Of a stretch of DNA of 64,000 nt, positions 12,125 to 25,099 are shown piece by piece. The DNA is taken from assembly GCF_020745735.1 (NCBI RefSeq), contig NC_083413.1, positions 80,697,612 to 80,761,611 on the forward strand, in the 5' to 3' direction. Origin of the DNA: Hemiscyllium ocellatum. Its lineage: Eukaryota. The translations under genes were made by a program, and so were the position numbers. Position 1 is the stretch's first letter. Every line of letters starts with the position of its first letter. Below the pieces are notes generated by a model that saw nothing but the letters and a program-made list of their open reading frames with translations, had not been told where the DNA came from and made no database searches.

Positions 12125-12769
12125 TGGAAACTGGAACAAAATAGTAAAGGGGAAATTAGATAAAACCATTGGATGGTGCAAGTAGTACACTGCTGTGGTT
12201 TTGTTTCCCCATTGATATAAAGAAGAAGCAAGAGCAGGCCGTTCAGTCCCTCACACCTGCTTTTCATTAATATGACGGCTCAGCTTATTGCAACCACAAA
12301 TTCACATTCCTTTCATCCCATCACTTAAAAATCCATCCATCCCAACCTTAAAAATATTCAAGGTCTCTACTGCAACTGCCTTTTCAGGAAGAGTGTTCCA
12401 AAGATGCTCAAGCCTAGATAAACGTTTACCTCATTATTTCAAATGGGCAATTTGGCTTTTAAAATCTTTAAATAAGGTGTTGTCTCAATAGTGTCCTGAA
12501 TAACTAGCACAGATGGGCATGGTGGCTCAGTGGTTAGCACTTGTTGTGAAGGTGTAGCTGTGTACTGTATCTTTAAGAGAGACAGGAAGCTGGCAAGGAC
12601 TGAGAGCACAGAGTGTGCTGAACAATTTAAAACTGTAACATCTGGTTAACACAAATAGCTGGTTGTGTGTTGCCATGGTACAAAAACAAATTCAAATCTG
12701 GTCAATCAGTTTAAATAGTGCCAGAGACCAAAATCCAATCTAATTAGCATTTTACTGGATTATAGGTCT

Positions 12770-13295
12770 GCTCGGTGAGCTGGAAGGTTCATTTTCAGAT
12801 GTTTCATCATCATACTAGGTAACATCGGCAGTGAGACTCTGGCTGAAGCACTGGTGGCATGGCCCGCTTTCCATTTATGTGTTTAGGTTTCCTTGGGTTG
12901 GCGATGTCATTTCATATGCTGACATCATTTCCTGCCCCCCCCCCCCCAAAGTGGGTGGTAAATAGGATCCAAGTTAATGTGTTTGATGATAGGTTGGATG
13001 CTATGCTTCAAGGAATTGTTTGTTTGGCTTGTCCTAGGATGGATGTGTTGTCCTAGTCGAAGTGGTGTCCTTCCTCATCTGTATGTAAGGATACTAGTGA
13101 GAGTGGATCATATCATTTTGTGGCCAGTTGATATTCACGTATCCTAATAGCTAGTTTTCTGCCTGTTTGTTACAGTTCTTGCACGGTAATTTGTAAATGA
13201 CATTAGTTTTCCTTGTTGTCTGTATAGGGTCCTTCATGTTCATTAGCTGCTGTTTTAGTGTGTTGGTGGGTTTGTGGGCTACCAAGATATCTGAG
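12770..13295 (-). mobile_element. Penelope-like element 3' fragment (second family)
   Basis: HKPTNTLKQQL..KDP....NVIYKLPCKNC GIY-YIG-type motif; degenerate hammerhead region at about 12795-12835. Confidence 0.75.
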
Positions 13296-13299
13296 GCTT

Positions 13300-13730
13300 T
13301 CTCCTCGCCACTGCCCCCCCCTCCCCACCACACCCCCTCCGACTATCCCTCCCCTCCCCACCCCCAAACACCCCCTCCCCACTCCCCCACCCCCAAACAC
13401 CCTGCCTCACCCCCCTCCCCCACCCCCAAACACCCTGCCTCACCCCCCTCACCTCCGCACCCCCTCCCCAATCACCTCCACCTCTGCCCCACCACTCCAC
13501 CACACCCACCCACCTCTGCATCCCCTGGTTCCACCCCCCCAGCCCTTCCCTCACCTCCGCCCCGACCCGACCCACCCCACCCCACCCTCCTCACCTTTGC
13601 CCCCGCCCCACCTCCACCCCCTGCCGTCCTCATCTCTGCCCCCTCCCCACCTTCCGCCCCCTCCCCTGTCCCCCTTCCCACCCGCCCCGCCTCCCCTTCC
13701 CCTCCACACTCTCCCCTCTTCCTTACCCCC
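13300..13730. repeat. C-rich low-complexity tract (G-rich on the SAP130 sense strand)
   Basis: About 430 bp of C-runs, with a short tandem duplication CCCCCAAACACCCTGCCTCACCCCC. Confidence 0.85.
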
Positions 13731-14170
13731 CCGAGTCGGGCCTCACTTTGTCACTCCTCCTCTGTCATTAACACAGTGCCGGAGCTCACGGTGCGGATGT
13801 GAGTACCCCCTCCCTCCGCCGGGGTGGGCTGGGGGCGAGTTACCCACCTGACCCTCTCCTCTGGTTATCTTGCTGTTGGGGTTGAGATCGCGGGCTTCTG
13901 TCCGTCTTCACTTCCCGAGGCTCCACCGCCCCTCGACGGCCTTCCCAACAACTGGACAGCGGATTGGCCAGACCTCACCGCCTCCTGTATCGCTATTGGT
14001 GGAGGCGAGCCCGGCCGCCGAACACCGCCCGCCGCGATTGGGTGGAAGCGCCCGGAGCCGACCTTGGATCCCGGCTGCCATGGCAACCGGCGGCCGCGGG
14101 CTGGTCCCGCAGGGCCCTCTGGGAGGTGTAGTCTTTTGCATACTTCCGGTACCTGTTGTTGGAGGTGAGA
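13730..14170. promoter_or_regulatory. CpG-island promoter of SAP130, likely bidirectional
   Basis: CpG-rich. Three CCAAT boxes (ATTGG on + at 13963, 13995, 14037). RFX X-box GCTGCCATGGCAAC at 14074-14087. ZNF143/SBS-like ACTACACCTCCCAGAGGGC on minus at 14114-14132. ETS/GABP ACTTCCGGT at 14142-14150. Confidence 0.8.
13848..13920 (-). other. SAP130: Probable SAP130 non-coding first exon
   Basis: Minus-strand donor CAG|GTGGGT at 13847 inside the CpG island, just downstream of the CCAAT boxes. The transcription start position is approximate. Confidence 0.5.
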
Positions 14171-15229
14171 TACTGTCTTCAGGAGCGAGTATCGATGTCA
14201 AACACTAACTCTGTTTGTTTACACCGGATGTTCCCTGCAGTTGCGTATTGTTTCTAAATGAAATTTGAGATCACCAGCCTCTTGCAGTCTTTATTCTTCT
14301 CATTAAAAGGCTGAAATGAGCGAGCTGTCTGTCCCCAGTGGGGCCTTTACTGAGTAGGCCCTCCCTGGAGCCTGGACACCGAGTGAAAATGGCCACTGTA
14401 GAAGATACCAGCCCCAGGGATTCACCATGGGATTCTCCCCCCCCCCCGAGAGTGTCTCCTCCTCCCCACCCCATTCCCCCAAGCAAAATGTCCCCCAGAA
14501 ACTGCCTCTCAAAGCCCACCGTCAAACAAAGCACATGAAGGGTTGACAAAACAGAAATGGCTTGAAAAAACAAAGAAGAGTAGCTGGACCCAAAACCAGT
14601 CACTTTGCTACTCTTCTCCATGGACGCTGCCAGACCCGCTCCATCAGTTTCTGGTTTTACTTCTGACCACCAGCATCTGCAGTTCTTTTTTTGTAATCAT
14701 TAAGCATTGCCAACCATGCCGGGATCCGTGTGATGCCCCGGCTGCTCTGCACTCACTCAATAAAGTGGACAGGGGTGTGTGGTCACTTGGGTACCAAAGG
14801 CTCACATTTTCATCACAGGGCTGTGGCTGCATGTCTCATCATTCGAACACCTCAGGCACCCCAGCACATGCTGGATGGTTCACCAATTGCACGTGGTTTT
14901 ACACCTGAAACTTCTTGACCAAAGAGCAAATGACCCCTGAGCCAAGACATCCAAGTAAAGCGCAGTGGGCCACTGTAAATAGGGTGGATGTTCAAGTGAC
15001 CAGAGTTGAACCACATTGGCTGGATCAGGAGAGTGCTCTGCAATCTTGGTTACAAACCACATCTCAGCTCATCTGACTGTAACCTCAAATCCACATTTCC
15101 CCCATATCAGTGATAATCTTTCACCTCCTTCCTTGACAAGAATTTATCTATGCCTGAAAAATATTCAATGGCCCTGGCTTTGACTGTCTTTAAAGGAAAA
15201 GAGGGTCAAAGAGAAATCTCGGGTGATTT

Positions 15230-15810
15230 AGAAAGCATATGAAATACTTGCCTTTATTAGCCAAGAAATTAAACACAAAAACAAGGTGGTTATGGTGGAG
15301 CTGTATATAGCCTTAGTTCAGCTACAGTTGGAATACTGTGAGCAGTTCTGATCACGACAGTATAGGAAGGATGTAATTGAATTAGAGAGGATGCAGAGGA
15401 GATTCACCAGGGATGGGTGGAGGAGTGATTGAGACATGAAGTGAGGTTAGATAGGCTCGAGCTATTTTTTAGAGTATAGAAGGCTTGAGGGGAGTGTGGG
15501 ATTTGATTGAGATGTACAAAGTTCAGAGGGGTATAGATAGGGAGAAACTTTACCCCTTAGTAAAAGGATCAATAACTAAGAAACTAAGTTTTTAGATAAG
15601 AAGCAGGAGATTTTGAGTGAATTTGAGGGAAAAATTTAGAGAGTAAAGACAGGAGTCCTGAAGACATTTAAGAAATATTTAGATGAGAACTTAAAATGCC
15701 AAAACAGACAAGGCTACAAGCCAAGTGTTGGGAAATGGGGTTAGATAGATGATTGATGTAGGCCTAATTGGCCAACAGGTCTTTAACCATTTAGTAAAAG
15801 CTTTATAACT
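15230..15810 (+). mobile_element. Decayed CR1 LINE 3' fragment
   Basis: LEYCEQF*S..YRKDV..LERMQRRFTR. Confidence 0.7.
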
Positions 15811-15879
15811 CTATAGGGTTACTTGGAACATGTCCAAGTCTAATTTACAATCCTATTCATTTATTGTCACTCCCCCATG

Positions 15880-18800
15880 CCTCAAAATTCAGACAATAAA
15901 GCAGCAGCCATTTCATTTGGTCAATGGTATGTTCCAAAAAGTTTAAGCGAATTGTTAACCTCCCAGAAGTTAATTTATTACGTTCACTGTACAGGCAGCA
16001 AGGTGCCTGCAGTCAGATGTTTCCCGCCCAAATTGGCAAATGCCGTCACCATGTCACATGATCAGGCTCTTTCTTAAAGCGGCAGTCCAACATACAGAAA
16101 AGCAATATCCCTCCACTTTTACATTAGAGGTTCCTGGAATGTAAGAATTCATAATATTTCCAAAATAGGTAATTTCAGAGTTCATTGATTCCTGTATGGC
16201 TTTTGGTGCAGCCCAGGCTTTCGTTTATTCTTCTTGCTGGCTTTAACTTGTTATTTTAGGTATACTAGGAACACCATCTGTTGTTATCTTTTCCCAAGAC
16301 AACTGAATGTTCAGAGGTTCACAAAATGCCTCATTAATCTCCACTGAGTCCCTCAGATATTCCAGTTACTGCTCTGTCCTCAGGTATATCTGGGTTTTTG
16401 TTGGCACAGTTAATAGTGGATCTTCAACTAATGTTCTCCCTGGCATATTAATCTCATTGCCAAGTTGATCTGCACATCTCCATACTACATCGTCTCAGTT
16501 GTCCAGTGTAGGAGAGTGTAATCTGTGCTATAATAATGGTATAATGCTAACACTTCTTGATATTTTTTGGAAAACGTGGCATTTGGCCTTGTTTTCTCAT
16601 TGGAAAACCTGATTCTATTGTTTCCTGTCAACAATGTCTATTGTCAGGAGTGGTTTCACCAAATCAAATGCTATGTGAAATTGACAATTTACCATGAGCA
16701 ATACCGAAACTACGAAGTGTCGAGTGGGTTATGTTCCAGTATGTTAACAAAAATTAGCTGAATCTTTTGGATAGTGATCTTGTTCTTGAATTACCTTTAA
16801 CAAACAAACCTTTGCAAAACCATTTGTGGCTGAGTGATAAGGAGTTGATCGGATATGTTGATTTCCATTCAGCTTCAGTCCATAAACACTTGTCATTTAA
16901 ACTGTCGTCCATTATCACTAACAAGTTGTTCTGGGGATCCAAATCTCACAAAGATCTACCCCATCTTTCTATGGTTTTCTCTAAAGATGTTATCTTCATT
17001 ATGGCAACTTAAGGCTACCTAATATATGGGTCAACCATGATGAAAAATATTCACCTTTCAAAAAAGGTCCAGCATAATCAACATAGATTCTTTGCTATGG
17101 CCTTGCTGGCAATTCCCATGGGAATTTTCATGGTATTAATGGAGGTAGGTTGTTTACCCTTTCACAACTTACACATATTCCCATCTCCTCCTCAATTTTG
17201 GAGTCAAGCCCTGACCACCAAAAATAGCTTCTGGCTATCAACTTCATTTTGACAATGCCACAACCACCTTTATACAGTTGATTTAACACGCGTTTCCTTA
17301 CTGTGGTGAATGACGACCCTCATTCCCCAGAGGAGATATCCTGCTTGTATAGATAGTTCTAGCCACCATGCAACTGTATGGCTTCAGATCTGGGATTGTT
17401 CCTATGATCTTTTCACAAAGTACCATGTCTATCATTTTTGATAATATTCAACCCATTTCCAATGTCTTTCCTAACTTGTCCTGTCATGACCAAAGTGTTC
17501 TCTACTTATTTGAAGTAGAAAATGTCTAAATTAGGGCTGTTTATAGTCAACTTGCTTGGCAAAGGTAACATAGAGAGCCCATCAACATTCCCACATGAAT
17601 TGCAATAAAACAAAGAACTGCAGAGGCTGGAGGTCTGAAACAAAATCAGAAATTGCTGAAGGGACTCAGCAGGCCTGGCAGTATCGCTGGGAAGAAAGCA
17701 ATGTTAACATTTAGAGTCCTGTGAATCTTCATCAAAACCCATGTAAATTGGGTCACCGTTACTTAATTGTATAAACGTGAGCTGATAGCAACAACAACCA
17801 GCTCTGGATTTGGCTGGCTGCTAGAAAAGGTATCTGTGTATGAGATACTGTTGCCTGTGGTCTGTTGGTAGGTAAATTCCCGCCATGCAGCCATTGTTGG
17901 AAATGATCTAATATCAAAACGATTTCTCTATCTGTGCATTTTCCATTTCTGCTTCATTTAATGATTTTGATGCAAAAGCTATTGGTTTCTCTTCACCATT
18001 GGGTAATATGTGAGAAACAACTGCTCCCTCTCCATATAGTCATTCATTACATGCTCGTTGCAACAGTAACTTTGGGTCAAAATGGGTCAGGACTTTGACT
18101 TTAATAAAGCCTATTTGGCTTGTTTAAAGGCCCTTTCACATTGATCTTCTCCTTTCCAATTCCAGTTCTGTCATAATAAATTGTGCAACTGCATGAGAAT
18201 GGGTGCAAGATTTGGGACTAACTTGCTGTAGTCATTTAGCAGATTAAAGAAGGTCTTTTTCGTTTCTTCCTGTAACTAAAATATTCTCCAGGTAACACTG
18301 GGCTACTTCCAATCCACTTAAAGTCTGATCCATGTCATGTTGGAATAGCGCAGGTGATCCCAAATGGAAGTCTCTTGTGTTTGAATAGTCCTTTATATTT
18401 TACAATCAGCCAATATTTCTGTGACTCAGGATTTACATTCATATGGAGATAGTCTTGACTAAGGTCAATTTTACTGAAAAGCTGACCTCCAGCTTGATCA
18501 CCAAATAATAGGTCATCGGTTAAAGGTAAAGGTATTGCTCAGTACATATAACCAGATTAATAGTGACCTTAAAATCACTGCAGATGTGTACCAATTTATA
18601 TCAGCCCAGTATGTATGTTATTCAGGTTTATTTCCTGTTCAGTGCGCCCTGTTTGGCTGCAGTTTCTGCATCTAGCTTCTTTATACCAGCAATTTGCTGC
18701 TATGTGACCTGCTTGTCCACACCAGTGGTAATTTTGAGTCTGTATTGGTACTTATCTCTCAGCCACCATTTTGCAAACTCTCATACCAGAGCTGCTGAGC

Positions 18801-19260
18801 TTCCTTGGCTGCTAGCTCCACCAAGATTGCTATTTCTGGTGCTTTAACTCTAGGTCCCTTTCCATCAGTAATCTTTTCTGGATTGTTTCATACATTAGAC
18901 CAGCAGTGTGTGTCTGCTACTTTCTTTAAAGTTGCTACAAACTAGGAGTTAGATTCACCATCATGCTGGCAGCATTTGGGGAATCTGTTGGTGAAAAATG
19001 ATTCTGTAGGATTCTGACAACTTCATCACAAGTTTTGGAACCTGACTTCTCTGATTATACCAGACTCCTCAGAAGGTTAAACCCCTCCCCCCCCCACCCC
19101 ACCCCATTAATGTGCAGGCACTGTATCTGCTTCAATTTTCTTGGCTTGAACAAATTAAGAGAGTCTCTCTGTGAAGGACTTACACATCTTTTGTATTTTC
19201 ATGATATTGTATTCTGGCACTGAACTTTCCTGCCATTGTCTTTTTAAGTGGGAAGGCTAT
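15880..19260 (-). mobile_element. Decayed Gypsy/Ty3 LTR retrotransposon (pol region)
   Basis: Minus-strand RT motifs FSKIDLSQDYLHM (about 18480-18440) and GLFKHKRLPFGI (about 18390-18355). Integrase PWELPARP*QRIYVDYAGPF (about 17120-17060). Many stops; boundaries approximate. Confidence 0.75.
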
Positions 19261-19269
19261 GATGTTGCT

Positions 19270-19485
19270 CATCCTCCCCGTGTCTGCATGGATTTCCTCC
19301 GGGTGCTCCTGTTTCCTCCTACAATCCAAAGATGTGCAGATCAGGTGAATTGGCCATGCTAAATTGTCCACAGTGTTAGGTGCATTAGTCAGAGAGAAAT
19401 GGGTATGGGTGGGTTGCTCTTCGGAGGGTTGGTGTGGACTTGTTGGGCCGAAGGGCCTGTTTCCACACTGTAGGGAATCCAATCT
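19270..19485 (+). mobile_element. 5'-truncated HE1-type V-SINE
   Basis: V-domain and 3' tail present, no head. Confidence 0.8.
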
Positions 19486-19569
19486 AAAAAAAAAGTTGTT
19501 AAGACACACCAATGAACGGTACTGTCTCATTAAGTACTTTTAAGTATCAATGGTAGCCATGATGAGGTG

Positions 19570-20065
19570 CTGGTTTTGAACTGGGGTGGACAAAATTAAA
19601 AATCACACAACACCAGGTATTAGTCCAACAGGTTTATTTGAAAGTACCATCTTTCAGAGTGCTGCTCCTTCATCGGGTAGCTAGTGGGGGAGGATCATAC
19701 GACACAGAATTTATAGTAAAAGGTCATAGTGTCATACAACTGATGCGATGTATTGAACAAACCTAGATTGCTGTTAAGTCTTTAATCACTTAGAATCTGG
19801 ATGCAGGTTTCATTGATTAGTATATAAATCCCAGAACTTGTTCCACGTCACAGTCCCGAGATAACTTAAAGTATTATCAGTATAAACAAAGGTGACATCT
19901 CAGCTCAATCAATGCATTAAAGGTGTGAGGTTAGACTCTGTCTGTATCATAATCTTGAGTCAGACTGATTCTATTTCCAAAGTAGGAATTTATAAAAAGT
20001 CACATTGACTGACTTCCTACAGATTATGTGCTTTTTGAATAAAATAGAATGTATCTGCAAATACA
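19570..20065 (-). mobile_element. Penelope-like pLTR fragment (third family)
   Basis: Minus strand reads CCGATGAAGGAGCAGCACTCTGAAAG (degenerate hammerhead), followed by AATAAACCTGTTGGAC...CCTGGTGTTGTG. Confidence 0.6.
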
Positions 20066-21460
20066 TTTAACTCAGAATTGTATAGAGAGGAGTTGATAGA
20101 ACACTGAGGGAGTTGAGAGGTCAACATTTGTAACACTTCACTAATTAAATAAACAAACTATCAAGAAAAAGGTTTTATACTTTCAGGTAGAATACTTCAA
20201 CATTGGTTGCTTAAGAACCGTGTGAAAACTGGACGATTTTATAATCTTCCTTATTTGATTAAAATTAAATAAAACATTTCCTTGACAAGTCTTTAGATGG
20301 TACTTTGGAACAGTGAGGGTTCAGTCTAGTTACTGGCTTCACACCCCACTCTATCCTGCACTTCAAGCAACTCTTGACTCCAACTTAGATTCACCTGAAC
20401 CACTCACAGTCTAAACTCACCGATCTGAAATTTGGAAATATCTGGGATCCAGCATCAGTCCCAAGGTTGAGGTCTGGCATGGGATTTGTTTATCAGACTA
20501 GTTCAGCAGAAGAGCCAGTAGCAAAGAAATGTGACAAGAAAAGTAACCATTCAGAGAGAGAGAACTGTGACAATATGCAGAACATCTAACACTTTGTTGA
20601 GTAAAAAATCTTAAAACATCTGGTATTCCAAGTATTAATGAAGGATGACACTGTTTGGTTTTCCAGACCAAATCAGATTGGGATCTTTCAGAGTAATGTG
20701 GCAATAGTTTTTTGCTTCTTTTCATTTCTCCTTAATGTCTCTTTCAGTACCTCATTAGCTTTGTGTGTTCAGACAAGGGCGAGTGTGTTTTTTGATAGGA
20801 AAAGCTCAGCAGGTCTGGCAGCATCTGTGGAGAGAAATCCGAGTTAATATTTTGGGTCAAGTGACCCTCAGAACTCCGAGAACTTCCTTAGTTCTTAAGC
20901 AGAGTCACTCAACCCAAAAATTAACACTGATTTCTCTCTCCACAGATGCTGCCAGACCTGCTGAGCTTTTCCAGAAATTTCTATTTTTATCTTTTATTTA
21001 CAGCATCCACTGTTCTTTTTGGTTTTTATGATAGATATATTCAATTTTAAACCGATTACGACATTGTGATGATTCCTCGACCAGTTTTAGCTACCGAAAT
21101 TAAACTGTAAGCTGTTACCCATGACATGTATTAATCTATTGAATGTGAAAAACTGGCCAAAAGATATTTTCTTATATTCTTTAAGTAGTTTCACAGTTTA
21201 GAGAGAACATTCCTTCCAATCATATACCATTGTGCCATCACATCTGCTGGGTTTGTCCAGTCAATGGGACAGGACATATCCAGGGATGGTGATGATAGTA
21301 TCTTGGCCATTGCAAGATATGATATGATTCTTTAAACATTATGATTCTTTGTAAGGAATGATTTCTTCTTCAAGTGTCTGTGAACAGGGGCCTCAGGCAG
21401 CAGGAGTGCAGGAATCGCAGTCTTTGCAATAGACCAACAGATTTGAGTTTCTTTCACGTC

Positions 21461-21795
21461 AGTGGTTAGCACTGCTGCCTCACAGCACCAGAGACCCGGG
21501 TTCAATTCCACCCTCAGGCAACTGTCTGTGTGGAGTTCGCACATTCTCCCGTGTCTGTATGGGGTTCCACCTGGGTACTCCAATTTCCTCCCTCAGTCCA
21601 AAGATGTGCAGGTTAGGTGGATTGGCTGTCCTAAATTGCCCATAGTATCCAGAGATGTATAGACTAGGTGGATTAGCCATGGGAAATACAGAGTTACAGA
21701 GATATGTCAGAAGAGTGGGTTGGATGGGATGCTCTTCAGAGGGTTGATGAGGACCCGATGGACCAAATCACCTGCTACAACACTGTAGGGATTCT
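21461..21795 (+). mobile_element. HE1-type V-SINE
   Basis: AGTGGTTAGCACTGCTGCCTCACAG head and V-domain. Confidence 0.8.
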
Positions 21796-24239
21796 ATAAT
21801 TCTTATTTGGATGAAGATGAGGTCTACAGGGTAAATGAGCAAACTGGCCATGGCACCATGGTCCAGGAAGCTATTCAAATGGGGCATAGGGAGGGCAGAG
21901 GAGTGAATAGGAATATAATGACAGTGTAGTGAGGAAGATTGACACTGTTCTTTGCAGAAAAGAGGCTGACTCCACCTGACTGTGTTGCCTGCCCAATGCC
22001 AGAGTTTGGGGCACCTGCTCAGGGCTGGAGAGGAACTTGCAATGGGATGGTCCATATAAGTACCGGTGGCACAAGCAGGACAAGAAGAAAGGTCTACATA
22101 GTTAGTAATGAGAAGCAAGCCACTAATTGAAACAGAACGTCAAAAGTAGTAATCTTTGGATAATTATCTGAGCCATGTGCAAATTGGCAAAGGGAAAATG
22201 AGACTAGAGAAATAAATGTGTCGCTTACACACTGACTTACCAGAACTGGGGAATGGGATATGGACCATTAGAATGATCTACACTTGCGCAATAAAAGAAC
22301 ACATGGAACTGCTGATGCTGGAGGTCAGAAACAAATACAGAAAGATCTGGAGAAACTCAGCAGATCTGGCAGTATTTGTGGAGAAGAACGCAGAGTTAAT
22401 GTTTTGAGTTCAATGCCTCTTCGTCAGAATGGAAACCAACTGGGAAATGGTAGATAATATGCTGATTGGTGGTGGAGTTGGAGCAAATTGGTGTTCGGGT
22501 CAGGGGTTTGGGATTGGGAAGCTTGAGTCATGCTAGGACCTATACTCTAGCAAATCAAATGATGGGAGAAGTGGAGAGGATTGTATGCAAAACATTGAGG
22601 CTAGTATTCCACGTGGGACGGTGTGGAAATCAAAAAGTAGAGTGAAATAGATATCGGGAATAGTACAGAAAATGACAAACCATGACAGGAAGGAATGGAA
22701 GGTATAAATATGAGAGTAAATTATATTGTTGCCTGAGGATGCAAAGGCCTGTGTTGTATTATCACTGGACTGTTAATCCAGAGACCCAGGTAATGTTCTG
22801 GGGACCTGGGTTCAAATCCATGGCAAAAGGTAGAATTTGAATTCAATAAATATCTGGAATTAAGAATCTAATTACTACTATAAATCCATTGTCAATTGTT
22901 GGAAAATCCCATCTGTTCACTAAAGTCCTTTCAGGAAGGAAACTGCCATCCATACCTGGTCTGGCCTACATGTGACCCCAGACCCACAACAAAGTGGCCC
23001 TCTGGGCCATTAGGGATGGGCAATAAATGTTGTGTTAGATCCTGTTAAAGAGAGAAAAAAAACAACAAAAATAATAATCAGTAGAAAAATAAATAAAAAC
23101 GAAGGGCTTAGTACCTGAATGCACACTGCTTTCAAACCAATAAACTGAGAATGCAAATAGAAATAGGTACGACCTCATAGCCTTTACAGAGACTTAACTA
23201 TATGACATGGATTGGGACCCAAATATTGAAGGGTACAGCATATTTAGGCAACACAGAAATCTAAGAAAAGGTGGAGGGTGGCTTTGTTAGTCAATGATGG
23301 TGTTAATACAATAGAGAGGTAAGAATTAGGTTCAGGCAACTGAGATATAGAAACAGTTTGTGTAGCAGTGAGAAATGACAAAGGCAAGAAGCCACTTGCG
23401 GGAGTATCAATAGACACCCTTAATCGTATCCATATTCCATTCCATCTGTCACAATGTTACCCACTCAGTTAGTTTGATTATATGTTGTTGAAAAGACAGA
23501 CGAGTTGTCCAAGCCTTTAAATTTACACCCATTAGGACAAGTGCACAAATGCTAACTATCAAACAGTCAACACAATTTGATACTACAGGAGAAATGGATA
23601 CTGAATGATCAGCAAGTCAACTCTCATTGGCCAAAGGATTGCCTTGGAGAATGCAACTGGAACTATAGACGCCTCAACCTCCTGGGTAATTCAAAACGGG
23701 GCAAGGCTTGAACATGTTCCTTTTTTTGCAGAAAACAGGTTCTTGTGTCTGAAATCTAGATTAGAGTGGGGTTTGAAAAGCACAGCAGGTCAGACAGCAT
23801 CTGAGGAGCAGGAAAATTGACGTTTCGGGCAAAAGCCCTTCATCAGGAATGCGCTTGCCACATTTGGCCACATAATGAGCTTGACTGACTAAATTGGATT
23901 GGGATATCTGGTGGCCATGGACAGGTTGGACCAAAGGGTCTGTTTCTGTGCTGTCCATCTCTATGACTCTAATAGCACACTTGGGATTGCTCAGCAAGTG
24001 CTGCCCAACTGTGGACTCACATCAAACAGTAGGTGTTTAGTTTTGTAGTTTGCACGTATAGGCTGTAAGTTGTTAGAAATAGCCAAAGGAATATGTTATT
24101 GATCTGATCAGCCAATTGGTCTTTGTATCTGGCATAGCCCTAGCGCTGAAATTGATAACAACATTGCTGAATGTGTGGTGGGCAGAAGATCATTTTGAAC
24201 TGATGGCAACATGTTTGAACAATAGGTTAAGTAAGTCAA

Positions 24240-24915
24240 ATAAAAACCAAAAGAATTGCGGATGCTGGAAATTAGAAACAAAAATTGCTAGAAAAGCTCA
24301 GAAGGTCTGGCAGGATCTGTGGAGAGAAATCAGAGTTAACATTTCAGTCCAGTGACTCTTCCTCGGAACTGATGGTAGCGAGGAAAAAGTTTTTTTTATG
24401 CAGAAGATTGCGTGGAGGGCGGGTATAAGGAGTAAACAATAGAAGGAGATGGAGTCCAATGAGAGAGAAGAACAGTTGGACAAACGATAGAGTGGTTAAC
24501 AATCAGCCTGGGAGAATGGATAGCTATTAATGGGGTCAATTAGTGGCTAACAATGGGTAATGTGTGTAATAGCAGACCACATGATAACAAGGCCTGCTGG
24601 ATGGCGGGGGGAGGTTGGAGTAAGCATGTGGGAGAAGGTGCCTGAAGCCCAAAAATTATTGAACTCGATATTGAGTTTAGAAGGCTATAGAGTTCCCAAG
24701 CAGAAAATGAGGTGCTGATCTTCAGCTTACGCTTAGCTTTTCTTGAGCACTGCAGCAAGCCTGAGACAGTGATGTTGGTCAGGGCACACAGTGGTGTGTT
24801 GAAGTAGCAGGCATTGGGAGCACACAGTCGTTTTGCGGGACAGTACATACTTTGTTACCCCAAATGTAAAGGGGACCACATTGTGAGCAGCAAATGCAGT
24901 AGACTAGATTGAGGT
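24240..24915 (-). mobile_element. Penelope-like element 3' fragment
   Basis: NLVYCICCSQCGPLYI GIY-YIG motif plus a pLTR with a hammerhead remnant at about 24325-24370. Confidence 0.75.
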
Positions 24916-25099
24916 TGAGTAGGCTGTTTTGCAAGCAGTGGCTATTTTCATTACAGGCCCAAATGGTTTTGCTGGTGGTTCCAGCTCTAATTTCAGATGT
25001 GCTACTTAACCATGTTTTCCCTATTGTCCCTTCCCACCCCCTTTCTGGTTTCATTGGCCTCTCCCACACCCTTTCTCCTCACCTTACCTCATACCAAAC

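Noticed and set aside
13197-13851. Proline-rich ORFs of about 200 aa
   Set aside because: Artefact of the stop-poor C-rich tract; they start inside a Penelope fragment.
14290-14990. Possible plus-strand coding exons or processed pseudogene next to the SAP130 promoter
   Set aside because: No recognisable protein motif and no consistent splice/phase series; interrupted by pLTR fragments.
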